Shown: positions 9,295 through 19,246, counted from the stretch's first letter. The stretch: DNA of 64,000 nt from Candidatus Yanofskybacteria bacterium RIFCSPHIGHO2_02_FULL_43_17 (GCA_001794435.1 MGJU01000014.1:27494-91493); one strand, 5' to 3'. The notes: generated by a model from the sequence alone, not told the origin. A program made the numbers and translations.

Positions 9295-11084
9295 TAAAAT
9301 ATGTTGGCATAACAATACTCGACTCTTGGAGCATACCTCCTTGTAAAAGCATAACTCGTCGGTCGGTCGGCATTACAGATATTATGCGAGTTGTTATCCC
9401 AAAGACACTCCCACCTTCTTGTTTCTCTCCCCTGGCCTCCACACACATCGCACCGTCCTCCGTCTGAAGCCGCAGACGGCCCACAGTTAGCACTAACTGA
9501 ACACGCACCAGCTCCTCCATTATATCCCGCCGCCAACTGTCTTGCATCGCAACCACAAGGACCGGCAATAGAATTCCTCAAATAAGTTGCCGCTATGCAG
9601 GCCTGCTCTTCTATTGTATCGCATCGATTGAGCCAGGCAAAATCAATGGTTTCAGTCACACCACATTGACTCTTATACAACGTAGCTACGTCAGGTTTAA
9701 GTTGGAAAAATCCGGCTGACTCCCCGTCTTCAGCAATAATACTACACCTACCCGACGACTCGTTTGCCGCAATGGATTTTAATAATTTTACTGTATCAAT
9801 TCCGCCGCAAACATTTATATTACCCACTCCAGCAATTATGGCTGCACTGTGAGTATTCACGGCAGAGGCAGCACAATTGCCACCCGGGTTAACTGGTGAA
9901 CAACTTAATGTGTCTGGAGCACCCCCAAAAGTACATGTTGATCCGGTACACAAATTACTCGTATTCGTTTGACTTACCACAATGGTAAAGTTCCTCCTCG
10001 AACTTCTTGTAGTTGGAGGTTCTTCTGTAAGCAAGATTTGGAAAGTAATAGTACCGGCCGTAGTGGGTGTGCCGGAAATAACCCCGGTTGAAGAATTCAA
10101 GTTAAGACCGGCCGGCAATGAACCGGAATATACTGCCCAACGATATGGAGGAGTTCCTCCGGTTCCGGTAATAGTTGTGGAGTAAGCTTGGCCGACTGTG
10201 GCGCCCGGAAGAGCGGCTGGAGTGGTGATAGATAAGGTACCCGTGCCGGTTCCCGCTATGACAATGGTAAAGTCTCTTGTTGCCGATTGCTGGGGCGTTG
10301 AGTTGTCGGTGACTCTGACGGTGAAAGTCGCCGTGCCAACAGCAGTAGGAGTTCCGGAGACAACACCAGAGGCAGTATTAAAACTTAAACCAGCAGGTGG
10401 AGAACCAGTCGTTGTCCAAGCATAAGGAGTTGTACCGCCAGAAACTTGAATTGTCTGAGAGTACTGCTGGCCCACCGTGCCGCCCGGAAGGTCGACGGTA
10501 ACAATGGATAACACTGCTCCCGGTGGTGGAATGGTCGATGTCGGAGTAGGAGTCGGTATTGGAGTGACAGGTGGCGGTGTGGCGGGTACTCTCTCAACAC
10601 AAGTGAACTGCCACCAATTGTCAGCATTGTCGTAGTTGGAACCGACGCTTTTTATCAAAGTGTTGGTTATCATCCACGCCGAAAGTATAATTATAATTCC
10701 GTAGAAAGTGTTTGTAAAAATTGTCCTTCCTTGCGCAACTAAGCCAGGATTGGCTCCGCCAAGCAGGATTAAAAAACCGGCCCATACAAAAAGTAAGACG
10801 GCCAGCACAGGCATCAAGGCGCCAACAGTAAAGTCGATAGTGTTTTTTAAAAGCCTAAAAAGATCGCAACGGCCACAGGATTGATAATAAGAATCATCGA
10901 GCACAACTTTGCCATCAGCTATTTCAGCGGGAGTGGGCCTTTCAAGGCCACAAGGCACCAACGGCCAGCCGGGAAGATCAACAGATTGCTGTCCTCCCAA
11001 GGCAAAGCCGGGGAAAAACAGTAAAATAACTAGCGAGATAAGTAGTAAATTCTTTCTTATCATTTTACTCTTTGATTTTTGCAT
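9294..11084 (-). CDS. chimeric surface protein: N-terminal pilin-like module, Pro/Thr linker, He_PIG-type Ig-like repeats, C-terminal lytic-transglycosylase-like (VirB1-like) domain
   Basis: N-terminus carries the LFVWAGFLILLGGANPGLVAQGR module; three repeats of LPxGxxGxxYSxxI..GGTxPYxW; C-terminus has ANESSG..GFFQL and AAGYNGG motifs reminiscent of the SLT catalytic region. Confidence 0.5.
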   Translation of the reverse strand: MQKSKSKMIRKNLLLISLVILLFFPGFALGGQQSVDLPGWPLVPCGLERPTPAEIADGKVVLDDSYYQSCGRCDLFRLLKNTIDFTVGALMPVLAVLLFVWAGFLILLGGANPGLVAQGRTIFTNTFYGIIIILSAWMITNTLIKSVGSNYDNADNWWQFTCVERVPATPPPVTPIPTPTPTSTIPPPGAVLSIVTVDLPGGTVGQQYSQTIQVSGGTTPYAWTTTGSPPAGLSFNTASGVVSGTPTAVGTATFTVRVTDNSTPQQSATRDFTIVIAGTGTGTLSITTPAALPGATVGQAYSTTITGTGGTPPYRWAVYSGSLPAGLNLNSSTGVISGTPTTAGTITFQILLTEEPPTTRSSRRNFTIVVSQTNTSNLCTGSTCTFGGAPDTLSCSPVNPGGNCAASAVNTHSAAIIAGVGNINVCGGIDTVKLLKSIAANESSGRCSIIAEDGESAGFFQLKPDVATLYKSQCGVTETIDFAWLNRCDTIEEQACIAATYLRNSIAGPCGCDARQLAAGYNGGAGACSVSANCGPSAASDGGRCDVCGGQGRETRRWECLWDNNSHNICNADRPTSYAFTRRYAPRVEYCYANIF

Positions 11085-11092
11085 TTTAAACC

Positions 11093-12427
11093 TTATCGAC
11101 TGCGTCGCGACCTTGCCATCAACACATTAACTTCCGATTCGGCGTTCTGGATTGCCTCTCTTACTGAAAGCCGACCAAAGTTAATGTCATCTATCATTTC
11201 GGCAAATATGGATTCTATCGCGGAATTGTCTATTTGATACCATGATTTTGCAGTAAGGGCTTGGTTGGCAAAAACACCTAATCGCAAATCGTTCTTCTGA
11301 AGATCTATAATATCGCGTCGCGCCGAAGGCCGCATCGTTTGGGCAAGATAGCTTGATGCTCCCTCTCTGGAAGCAAGGTAGGTCACGAACTTCCAGGCTT
11401 GATTGGAGACTAACGAGTTCTTTGAAACAGCGACGGCCCAATAGTTGGCGTAGTTTTTGATATCGCTCTCGCTTATCTGCGGCATGGACGCAACAGAATA
11501 ATTCAAGCGCGCGGCTTTTTGACTTAAAACTCCGGCCTGATGGGAATAGTTGAACATCATCGCAACTTTTCCGTCAACGAAGGCATCAATTGAATACGGC
11601 TGGGCATTGTTCCACGTATAGGTTCTTATATTGGGATTGGCAAAATCGGTGTAATATCTCAAAGCCACCTCGCCAATGGGAGTGTTGTTTACAGACCTTG
11701 CGAATGTGGCGCTAGTGTTGTTTATATCGGTCATTCTTGCGCCGCTTTGAAGCATAAGGGCCATAAGCACATCTGTTGACCTGTTAATATTTTCTGACGT
11801 GCCCATAGCCGCGCCTGATTGCATGATATTTCCCGAGGCATCGAGTTTGGTGAGTCGCTCGACTGCATTGTTGAATTCATCCCAATTTTTCGGAGGCGAA
11901 GTAATGCCGGCATTATTGAAAAGATCCCTGTTGTAGTAGAGAGCGAGGGTATCGACATATAAAGGCACCCCGTATATCTTGCCGCCGACGATTAAATCCT
12001 GAGTGGCAACTTCAACAAACTGGCTCTGAAAATCCTTTACGGACATCGGCGGACGGTCCAAACCGGAGATTTTCTCCGGAAGAGGCATAAGTTTGTCTAG
12101 ATGTTTTGGCAGCCAAGTCTGATGTATCATCCAAATATCAGGTCCCGTGCCGGCCGCAAGAGCGTTTACCACTTCCCTCTCGTAATCCTCGAATGAGAAT
12201 TGTCTATACACGACCGTAGTGCCAGGATTTTGAGTTTGGAATTCTCTGATAACCTTGTCGAAAACTGTCTTGTCGTCAAAAACGCCCCAGAACTCTACGG
12301 CAACTCTCGGACCAATGCCGCCCCCGCCGACATTGCGCAGGATTAAAATAAGCGTGAGAAAGACAAGTATCGCAATACCCGAAACGAGAATTATCATCAG
12401 TCTCTTGTTGTCTATCTGAATTGGCAA
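11093..12427 (-). CDS. ABC-transporter extracellular solute-binding protein (family 1, sugar-type), orphan
   Basis: N-terminal TM/signal; VEFWGVFDDKTVFDKVIREFQTQNPG...DIWMIHQTWLP pattern; no permease or ATPase nearby. Confidence 0.7.
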   Translation of the reverse strand: MPIQIDNKRLMIILVSGIAILVFLTLILILRNVGGGGIGPRVAVEFWGVFDDKTVFDKVIREFQTQNPGTTVVYRQFSFEDYEREVVNALAAGTGPDIWMIHQTWLPKHLDKLMPLPEKISGLDRPPMSVKDFQSQFVEVATQDLIVGGKIYGVPLYVDTLALYYNRDLFNNAGITSPPKNWDEFNNAVERLTKLDASGNIMQSGAAMGTSENINRSTDVLMALMLQSGARMTDINNTSATFARSVNNTPIGEVALRYYTDFANPNIRTYTWNNAQPYSIDAFVDGKVAMMFNYSHQAGVLSQKAARLNYSVASMPQISESDIKNYANYWAVAVSKNSLVSNQAWKFVTYLASREGASSYLAQTMRPSARRDIIDLQKNDLRLGVFANQALTAKSWYQIDNSAIESIFAEMIDDINFGRLSVREAIQNAESEVNVLMARSRRSR

Positions 12428-12446
12428 TGATTTATGTTTAAAGTTG

Positions 12447-13037
12447 TCAAGAATAAATATTCTTCTTAAATATCATTCCGAAGTGGAACTGCCCGGCATT
12501 GAAGACCTTATCGAATATCATCCCCTCACCAGTAGCAAGAGAACGCATGGCTTCATCATCAGTTCTTAATCTGTCAGGCGGACCGAATCCATTGGCGCCC
12601 TTTTTCCAATCAATAATTATAAGCGAGCCGTTGTCCCTCAATACCCTTTTTGCTTCTTTCACGATGTCTGATTTTTTATCGGACTGAAATAAAATATTCG
12701 CTAACAAAACAATGTCCTGCGACTGGTCAGCCAGACCGGAACTGCCCACAACCTCAAGATTGGTCCGGATCATCTCTACATTCTCAAGCCCGGCAGCTTT
12801 GGCTTTTTCCCTTACGCTATCAAGGGCGCTCTCCATAATATCTAAAGCATAAACCCGGCCTTCTTTGCCGGCCCTCTCGGCCATCAAAATAGTAAAGTAT
12901 CCTGCTCCCGAACCAAAATCGGCTATGTTCATTCCTTCTCTTACCCCAAATTCATTAACAATCGAGTCCGGATTCAAAAACCCGCCCGTACTAAGAGGGT
13001 TGCCAGAGCCGACTATTGGAGTAGCCGTCATTTCCAT
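12447..13037 (-). CDS. class I SAM-dependent methyltransferase
   Basis: DFGSGAGYFTILMA motif I, acidic post-I residue. Confidence 0.75.
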   Translation of the reverse strand: MEMTATPIVGSGNPLSTGGFLNPDSIVNEFGVREGMNIADFGSGAGYFTILMAERAGKEGRVYALDIMESALDSVREKAKAAGLENVEMIRTNLEVVGSSGLADQSQDIVLLANILFQSDKKSDIVKEAKRVLRDNGSLIIIDWKKGANGFGPPDRLRTDDEAMRSLATGEGMIFDKVFNAGQFHFGMIFKKNIYS

Positions 13038-13073
13038 ATATTAAATTTTACCACGACGAGAGAAATAAGTTAT

Positions 13074-15509
13074 CTACACTACCACAACCGACGCTATGCC
13101 GTCGCCGCTTTCAACTCTCATTATCCTTACTCCCTGCGTCGCCCGGCCTAAAACAGAGATGCTTGCAACTGAAGTCCTTATCACAACTCCCTTGCGAGAA
13201 ACAGCGATAAGTTCTTTATTTTCTTCCGAGGTCATGTGAGCTGAAACCAATTCACCCGTTTTCGGTGTTATTTTTGCAGTCATTATACCGCGACCTCCGC
13301 GTTTCTGAACCTTATACGCCTTAAGGTCGGTTCTTTTTCCATAACCGTTCTTAGTAACGGCCAAAACGTGAAGGCCCTTTTCAACTCCTGACGGAACAAC
13401 GTCGGCACCGACTACTTTTTGATCCTTATCCAGCCTGATCCCTATGACACCGGCGGCACTCCTGCCCATTGGCCTTACATCTTTTTCTTTAAACCTGATA
13501 GCATTCCCGCCCGAGGTAACAAGCATCATCTGGTCGTCGCCGGAAGTTGGAATGACCCAACCCAGCTCATCGCCCGCTCTCAACTTAATAGCAAGCATTC
13601 CGTTTTTCCTGACAGCATCAAGTGAATCCATATCAACCTTCTTTATAATCCCCTTGGTTGTAGCCATAAAAAGAAACATTCTTTTCTGTCCTTTTGGTAT
13701 GGGGACCACGGCGGTGATGACATCAGTTGGCGCGACTTGGAGAAAATTCACGATGGCTTTGCCTTTCGACTGGCGAGATGACTCGGGTACTTCATATGCC
13801 TTGGTCTGGAAAACTTTTCCCGAATTCGTAAAGAATAGCAAACTGTCGTGCGTATTCGCGACGAAGAACTGCGACACGACATCTTCTTCTTTTGTAGCTA
13901 TCCCAACCAAACCTTTCCCGCCCCTCTTTTGCGACTTTAATACGTCAGGAGGTATTCTTTTTATGTATCCGCCCCTTGTAAGCATAAAGAGTGAGTCCTC
14001 TTCGGGTACCAACTCCTCCTCTCCTATCTCTTTGAGAGGAGATTTGACCACTTTTGTCCTCCTCTCGTTGGCATGTTTGTCCTTTAAAGTCAGGAGTTCT
14101 TCCTTAACGACGCCCAAGATCTTCTTCGGGCTGGCCAAAAGGTCCTCAAGATGCGCTATGAGTTCCTTCTTCTCTTTGAGTTCATCGTTGATCTTTTTCC
14201 TCTCAAGACCAGCCAGGGCCTGCAATTTCATTTCCAATATTGCGTTGGTTTGTCTGTCTGAGAACTTGAATTTCTTTATCAAATTATTGAAAGCGTCTTC
14301 TTTTGAATCGGATTTTTTAATAATGGCGATTATTTCGTCGATGTGGTCCAAGGCCTTCTTCAGACCTTCCAAAATATGCGCCCGGTCTTTAGCTTTTTGC
14401 AAATCGTACTTGGCGCGTCTCGTCACTACTTCCTTGCGATGGTCTATGAATTTCTCAAGCAATCCTTTCAGTCCCAATATTTGAGGCTGAATGCCGTCCA
14501 CCAGAGCCAGCATATTAAAATGGAACGACTTCTGAAGTTCGGTGTATTTAAAAAGCTGGTTAAGGACTTTTCTCGGGAAAGCATCCTGTTTAAGATCTAT
14601 GGCAATTCTTAAACCGTCTTTATCCGACTCATCCCGTATATCCCTGATACCTTCCATTTTTTTATCTTTAACCAGATCGGCAATATGTTTTATCAATTCA
14701 GCTTTGTTTGTCTGATAAGGAACTTCAGTAACTATTATTTGAAAACCTCCGCCTCTGGCGGATTTGCCTTCAACGATCTCTGCCTTACCACGCATTAAGA
14801 TTGGGCCGCGGCCAGTAGCATACGCATTACGAATGTCGGTCTCGTTATAAATAATGCCGCCGGTCGGAAAATCCGGCCCTTTGACGAACCGCATCAGGTC
14901 ATCCACTTTGGCATCGCCGTTATCGGCTAAGTAGACGAGGGCGTCAAGCACCTCGGAGAGATTATGGGGGGGAATATTGGTGGCCATACCAACGGCTATG
15001 CCCATGGAACCGTTGATCAGAAGGTTGGGAACTTTGCTTGGAAGAACTTTCGGCTCTTGAGTTGACGCATCATAGTTATCTTGAAAACTAACGGTGTCTT
15101 TATCAATATCTGATAATAGTTCTTCGGCTATCGGGGCCATCCGGCATTCGGTATATCTTTGAGCCGCGGCTCCGTCGCCGTCAATCGAACCCCAATTGCC
15201 GAGTCCGTCAACCAACGGATATCGTAGGGAAAAATCCTGCGCCATTCGCACAATAGAATCGTAGATCGCCATATCGCCATGCGGGTGGAAGTTACCCATG
15301 CAAAAACCGACTACCTTCGCCGACTTCTGATACTTGGCACCCGGCCTCAAGCCCATCTCGTGCATCGAATAGAGTATCCTTCTGTGAACCGGCTTCAAAC
15401 CGTCCCTGACATCGGGAAGAGCGCGGGCAACGATGACGCTCATAGCGTACTCCAAGTACGACTGCTGCATCTCTTCGGTTATTTCTCGTTGTTTGATGTT
15501 TTTATCCAT
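13074..15509 (-). CDS. gyrA: DNA gyrase subunit A
   Basis: [28 protein letters not shown]-terminal signature; 811 aa with C-terminal beta-pinwheel repeats. Confidence 0.95.
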   Translation of the reverse strand: MDKNIKQREITEEMQQSYLEYAMSVIVARALPDVRDGLKPVHRRILYSMHEMGLRPGAKYQKSAKVVGFCMGNFHPHGDMAIYDSIVRMAQDFSLRYPLVDGLGNWGSIDGDGAAAQRYTECRMAPIAEELLSDIDKDTVSFQDNYDASTQEPKVLPSKVPNLLINGSMGIAVGMATNIPPHNLSEVLDALVYLADNGDAKVDDLMRFVKGPDFPTGGIIYNETDIRNAYATGRGPILMRGKAEIVEGKSARGGGFQIIVTEVPYQTNKAELIKHIADLVKDKKMEGIRDIRDESDKDGLRIAIDLKQDAFPRKVLNQLFKYTELQKSFHFNMLALVDGIQPQILGLKGLLEKFIDHRKEVVTRRAKYDLQKAKDRAHILEGLKKALDHIDEIIAIIKKSDSKEDAFNNLIKKFKFSDRQTNAILEMKLQALAGLERKKINDELKEKKELIAHLEDLLASPKKILGVVKEELLTLKDKHANERRTKVVKSPLKEIGEEELVPEEDSLFMLTRGGYIKRIPPDVLKSQKRGGKGLVGIATKEEDVVSQFFVANTHDSLLFFTNSGKVFQTKAYEVPESSRQSKGKAIVNFLQVAPTDVITAVVPIPKGQKRMFLFMATTKGIIKKVDMDSLDAVRKNGMLAIKLRAGDELGWVIPTSGDDQMMLVTSGGNAIRFKEKDVRPMGRSAAGVIGIRLDKDQKVVGADVVPSGVEKGLHVLAVTKNGYGKRTDLKAYKVQKRGGRGIMTAKITPKTGELVSAHMTSEENKELIAVSRKGVVIRTSVASISVLGRATQGVRIMRVESGDGIASVVVV

Positions 15510-15609
15510 CTGGTTCTAATTACAAAATTACGCATTGCGAATTACGGATTAAATTTAATTCCTCAAAAAATCCGCAATTCGCAATACGCAATAAACTAAT
15601 TGAAGTTGG

Positions 15610-15957
15610 CTATTTATGTTCCGACAACGGTAATGTGTAAACTTTTCCGTTTTCGACTTGAATTTTGTCTTGCCTGTCTCTTGTCTCTTGTTTATTGTCT
15701 CCCAACAATCCCGACACCAGTCCTTTAACTTCTCCCGCCGACTGCCAAATATAACCGAACAGCGACGGCACGGATACGTTTTCGACGGCTAACGCTTTCT
15801 CTGCATCTTCTTCCGGATTCATCATTACATAAAGATTCTTTTGAAATGAACGGAACCACACCATTCCTACCAATAAGACGGTGATAAAGACTGAGAGGCC
15901 GAACATTATCTCTCTGGTATGTTGGGGTTGTTTTTTTATATCGTCGAGAAAAGACAT
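15610..15957 (-). CDS. small membrane protein, unknown
   Basis: single TM helix, no recognisable motif. Confidence 0.4.
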   Translation of the reverse strand: MSFLDDIKKQPQHTREIMFGLSVFITVLLVGMVWFRSFQKNLYVMMNPEEDAEKALAVENVSVPSLFGYIWQSAGEVKGLVSGLLGDNKQETRDRQDKIQVENGKVYTLPLSEHK

Positions 15958-15963
15958 GTCGGT

Positions 15964-16602
15964 TTAAAAGTTAAAAACGATTAATTTCACTTCTTCCGCG
16001 GGAAGATTTTTTTTGGCAATTTTGTACTTGTCGACTTTTTCGGGAGTCAGGCCCAGTTCTTTTATGAACTTGTCGGGTCCGTCTATGTCTATCTTCAGAT
16101 CTTTAACTTTATAATGCATCGGAATGACAACTTTCGGTTCTATTTGTCCCACCACCTCAATCGCTTCTTTGTAATCGACGGTGTATCTGCCTCCTATCGG
16201 GAGCATCAGTATATCAATGTCGCCTATATCATCAAGTTGATGTTCCTCAAATTTATCCTGACCGAAATCGCCCATGTGACACATCGTCATGTCTTCTGTT
16301 TTTATGACGTATATGGTATTGAGTCCTCTTTCCTGACCCTTACTCTTATCATGATACGAGAGAATGCCTCTTACGTACATACCCATTTTTTCATATTCCC
16401 CCGGACCGTCAACTATCATGGTCGTCTGAGAATCAGCGCCTTCAGTATTGTTGTGGTCATAGTGTTTGTGAGTCACTAAAACCAGATCGTCTTTTATCCG
16501 CGGCGGCTTTAATCCTATGTCTTTAGAAAACGGGTCGATGAGAATGCTTCCTTCTTTGGCCTCGATCCTGAAACAGCTTTGTCCAAACCAGGTGATGGTC
16601 AT
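15964..16602 (-). CDS. MBL-fold metallo-hydrolase
   Basis: HKHYDHNNTEGA (HxHxDH) motif. Confidence 0.75.
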   Translation of the reverse strand: MTITWFGQSCFRIEAKEGSILIDPFSKDIGLKPPRIKDDLVLVTHKHYDHNNTEGADSQTTMIVDGPGEYEKMGMYVRGILSYHDKSKGQERGLNTIYVIKTEDMTMCHMGDFGQDKFEEHQLDDIGDIDILMLPIGGRYTVDYKEAIEVVGQIEPKVVIPMHYKVKDLKIDIDGPDKFIKELGLTPEKVDKYKIAKKNLPAEEVKLIVFNF

Positions 16603-16763
16603 ATTGAAATCGTAGCAAAAAATTAGTTCAAAATCAACTTCGACACACCTCTACTGCTCGACCTTATGCCATAATGGCTGAGGCCTGAAGCAAAAGATGG
16701 GGAGGGGTGAGGAAACTACGAGTTGCATTGTCGAAAATAATAATGTATATTCTTCACGATATG

Positions 16764-16879
16764 GAATCCCGAACGAAATAGCCCTAATGGGTTCGGGAAT
16801 CAAATTAATAATTAACCGAACAGCTTGTTTTACAGATATAACTTATGTGTATAACTGTGAAACAGCTACTTCGTACGGG
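16764..16879 (+). repeat. 116-bp leader element (copy A) with conserved ends abutting the rpsA ATG
   Basis: 5' end AATCCCGAACGAAATAGCCCT and 3' end CAGCTACTTCGTACGGG immediately before ATG; paralogous copy at 55081-55196 before yidD. Confidence 0.6.
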
Positions 16880-17962
16880 ATGGAACTAGCGCAAAGCGAT
16901 ATAAAATCCATGAAAGAACTCCTGGCGAAGGAGGAATTTTATTTACCGAAGCCCGGAACTATACTGCAAGGCCAGATGATAAATGTCTCGAAGAACAACG
17001 TGATAGTCGACCTCGGTCAGGCCGGTATTGGCATAGTTTATCCGGGGGAATTCTACGATAATCCCGAAAGAATGCGCGCTCTTAAGCCGGGCGACATGGT
17101 TTCCGCTATGCTTATCGAGCTGGAGAACGAAGAGGGCTACCGAGAACTTTCTTTGAGGTCAGCCCAGATGACAACCGCTTGGCAGGATATTAAAGAAAAA
17201 ATGGACAAGGAAGAAATAGTAACCACCACCGTCATCAATATCAACAAAGGCGGTCTCATTGTTGAAGTAAGCGGAGTTCAAGGCTTCCTGCCCCTGTCCC
17301 AGCTCTCCCCCGAACACTACCCTAAAGTAGAGGGCGGCGACACGACCAGAATCGTCCAAGCGCTTCAAAAATTCAAAGGTCAGGAATTAATGGTAAAGAT
17401 AATAGGTTTCTCGGAAGCCGAAAATAAACTCATCGTTTCGGAAAAAGCGATACTAGAAGACCTTGCCAAAGAAGAGCTGAAAAAACTGACCGTCGGAGAT
17501 ATGGCGGAGGGTGAGATAACCGAAGTAACCGATTTTGGCGCTTTCGTAAGGCTAAGCGACAACCTTGACGCCCTGATACATTCTTCAGAGATTGACTGGA
17601 AGTTTATTGAAGACCCGCGAGAAGTTCTCCACATCGGAGACAAAATAAAAGCCAAGATAATAAATTTGGACGGCGGCAGAGTTTCGCTCTCCCTGAAAGC
17701 TCTGAAACCCGATCCATGGGAAACGGTTGAAGAAAAGTTCCAGGTCGGCCAGAAGATCAAAGGCAAAGTCATCAAGATCCGATCGAGCGGCGCATTCGTA
17801 GAATTATCAGACGACATCGTTGGATTTCTACCAGCAGAAGAAGTAATAAAAGACGGCAAACCTGCCCGAACGACTGACGTCGTTCAGTCAGGCGGAGAAT
17901 ACGATCTGGCCATCGTCAGTATAGACGCCAAAGATCACAAAATAGTTCTCACACTTGAGTAG
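16880..17962 (+). CDS. rpsA: 30S ribosomal protein S1
   Basis: four S1 domains (GQMINVSKNNVIVDLG, GIVQRKEG-like, EVTDFGAFVRL, GKVIKIRSSGAFVEL); start chosen at MELAQS, upstream ORF extension unlikely. Confidence 0.85.
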   Translation: MELAQSDIKSMKELLAKEEFYLPKPGTILQGQMINVSKNNVIVDLGQAGIGIVYPGEFYDNPERMRALKPGDMVSAMLIELENEEGYRELSLRSAQMTTAWQDIKEKMDKEEIVTTTVININKGGLIVEVSGVQGFLPLSQLSPEHYPKVEGGDTTRIVQALQKFKGQELMVKIIGFSEAENKLIVSEKAILEDLAKEELKKLTVGDMAEGEITEVTDFGAFVRLSDNLDALIHSSEIDWKFIEDPREVLHIGDKIKAKIINLDGGRVSLSLKALKPDPWETVEEKFQVGQKIKGKVIKIRSSGAFVELSDDIVGFLPAEEVIKDGKPARTTDVVQSGGEYDLAIVSIDAKDHKIVLTLE

Positions 17963-18037
17963 TCGCTCAAATATTATCCTCACTCTCAACCTTCGCTTCA
18001 AAATAATTCTTCTTCAACACACCTCTTGCCACTCGAA

Positions 18038-18243
18038 GCCATCCCCATTTTCATCACGGATTTCTCATAGAGCAATCGCGATTCGCTCCTAATTTTTCTG
18101 ACCGCCCGAAGCCACTTCCGTCAGGCCATGCGGTCCCGCCAAGGCGGGACCGTTCCTGACACCTTCGGCTCGGTTTCTCAGAAAAACAGCGTCGCTCATC
18201 TGCAACTGCTGTCTATTCGTCATAGTGATTCAAATAGGGATGG
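18038..18243. ncRNA. structured element copy 1 (candidate ncRNA, identity unknown)
   Basis: ~85% identical core to 56945-57147; central GGTCCCGCCAAGGCGGGACC hairpin; closing stem differs in sequence from copy 2 but keeps pairing (covariation). Confidence 0.45.
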
Positions 18244-18538
18244 CTCTTCGCTGGCTGGTTGACAAGTTAAGCTAAAACCTCCAGGGAGCAAGACCACCAG
18301 ACAATTTTTCTAGCGTTTACGCTTCTTTACTACAAATCCGAGATATTTGAGAGATAATGCGGTCCGCATTATGACCAAATATCGAAGGATTTGTTAACGA
18401 AGCGGAAGGCGTAAAAAATTGTCTGGCGGTCTCGCGACTGACCATAGCACACACCCCCCGACCTTGACTGAAGTTATATTTTACTATATACTATATTCAT
18501 CGTTTCGTTCCTTAACCAAGACAAGAAAGGACTGGGAA

Positions 18539-19246
18539 GTGGCGACAAAAAGAGCAGCCACCGTCGCAACCCTCGGGCCGGCAGTCCGGCTCGTAGTGTT
18601 CAAGTTTTTGATGAGAAGTGAGCTGGTGCCGGACTACATCCCCCGGTTGCCTAGCAACCGTTCCAGCGTTGCGCCGGCATATAACGGTACGCAGGTTTTG
18701 CCGTCCACGCCCGACGTGTGGCTGGCTGACCTGCGAGCCGGATTGCTCAACACCAAGGGCGACTACGCGTTCGTCGGCGCGAGAGTCGCCGATGAGAGAA
18801 CAAATACAAAGAGAAAGGTCAGGAGGGGAGGACTCGTTGAGATTGTCGAAGTCAAGATCAGCGATGTGCGATTCACATTCTGTCGCCGCCGGCATCTGAC
18901 CGACGATCCGCCTCCTCACGAGAACTTTGTGGAGAGGTTCAGTCAACTGGTTAACACCTTCGTTGACTTCACCAAGTCAAACCTCTGGATGACAGAGGCA
19001 TATCTCAATCCGTACCTGAACAAAGACGGCACTACCGGCAAAGGCAGCGTGCTGATGATTGACTGCGCCGGACGGAAATCGGCTGTCAATCCGGATGGTA
19101 CTCCGATCATGGTCTTCGAAGGTGGGCGAGAAAAATCGTCCGCTCCCGGTATGATCGGTCAGGGCATCGGCCCAAAGATTTCGATCCTGAACAAGGCCAG
19201 CGAATTGAAACTCGTCGGCAAGAATGTTCAGTTGATTACCAGATAA
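18539..19246 (+). CDS. hypothetical protein on GC-rich island 1
   Basis: GC ~60% ORF with GTG start after AAAGGA; no recognisable motif; followed by terminator. Confidence 0.5.
   Translation: MATKRAATVATLGPAVRLVVFKFLMRSELVPDYIPRLPSNRSSVAPAYNGTQVLPSTPDVWLADLRAGLLNTKGDYAFVGARVADERTNTKRKVRRGGLVEIVEVKISDVRFTFCRRRHLTDDPPPHENFVERFSQLVNTFVDFTKSNLWMTEAYLNPYLNKDGTTGKGSVLMIDCAGRKSAVNPDGTPIMVFEGGREKSSAPGMIGQGIGPKISILNKASELKLVGKNVQLITR

Noticed and set aside
13444-14484. 346-aa plus-strand ORF inside gyrA
   Set aside because: Antisense shadow ORF of gyrA, Ser/Phe-rich low-complexity translation.
16697-16879. N-terminal 61-codon extension of the rpsA ORF (MGRGEETTSC...)
   Set aside because: The extension covers the conserved 116-bp leader element also found before yidD. 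The start at MELAQS, or slightly downstream, fits S1 domain boundaries better.
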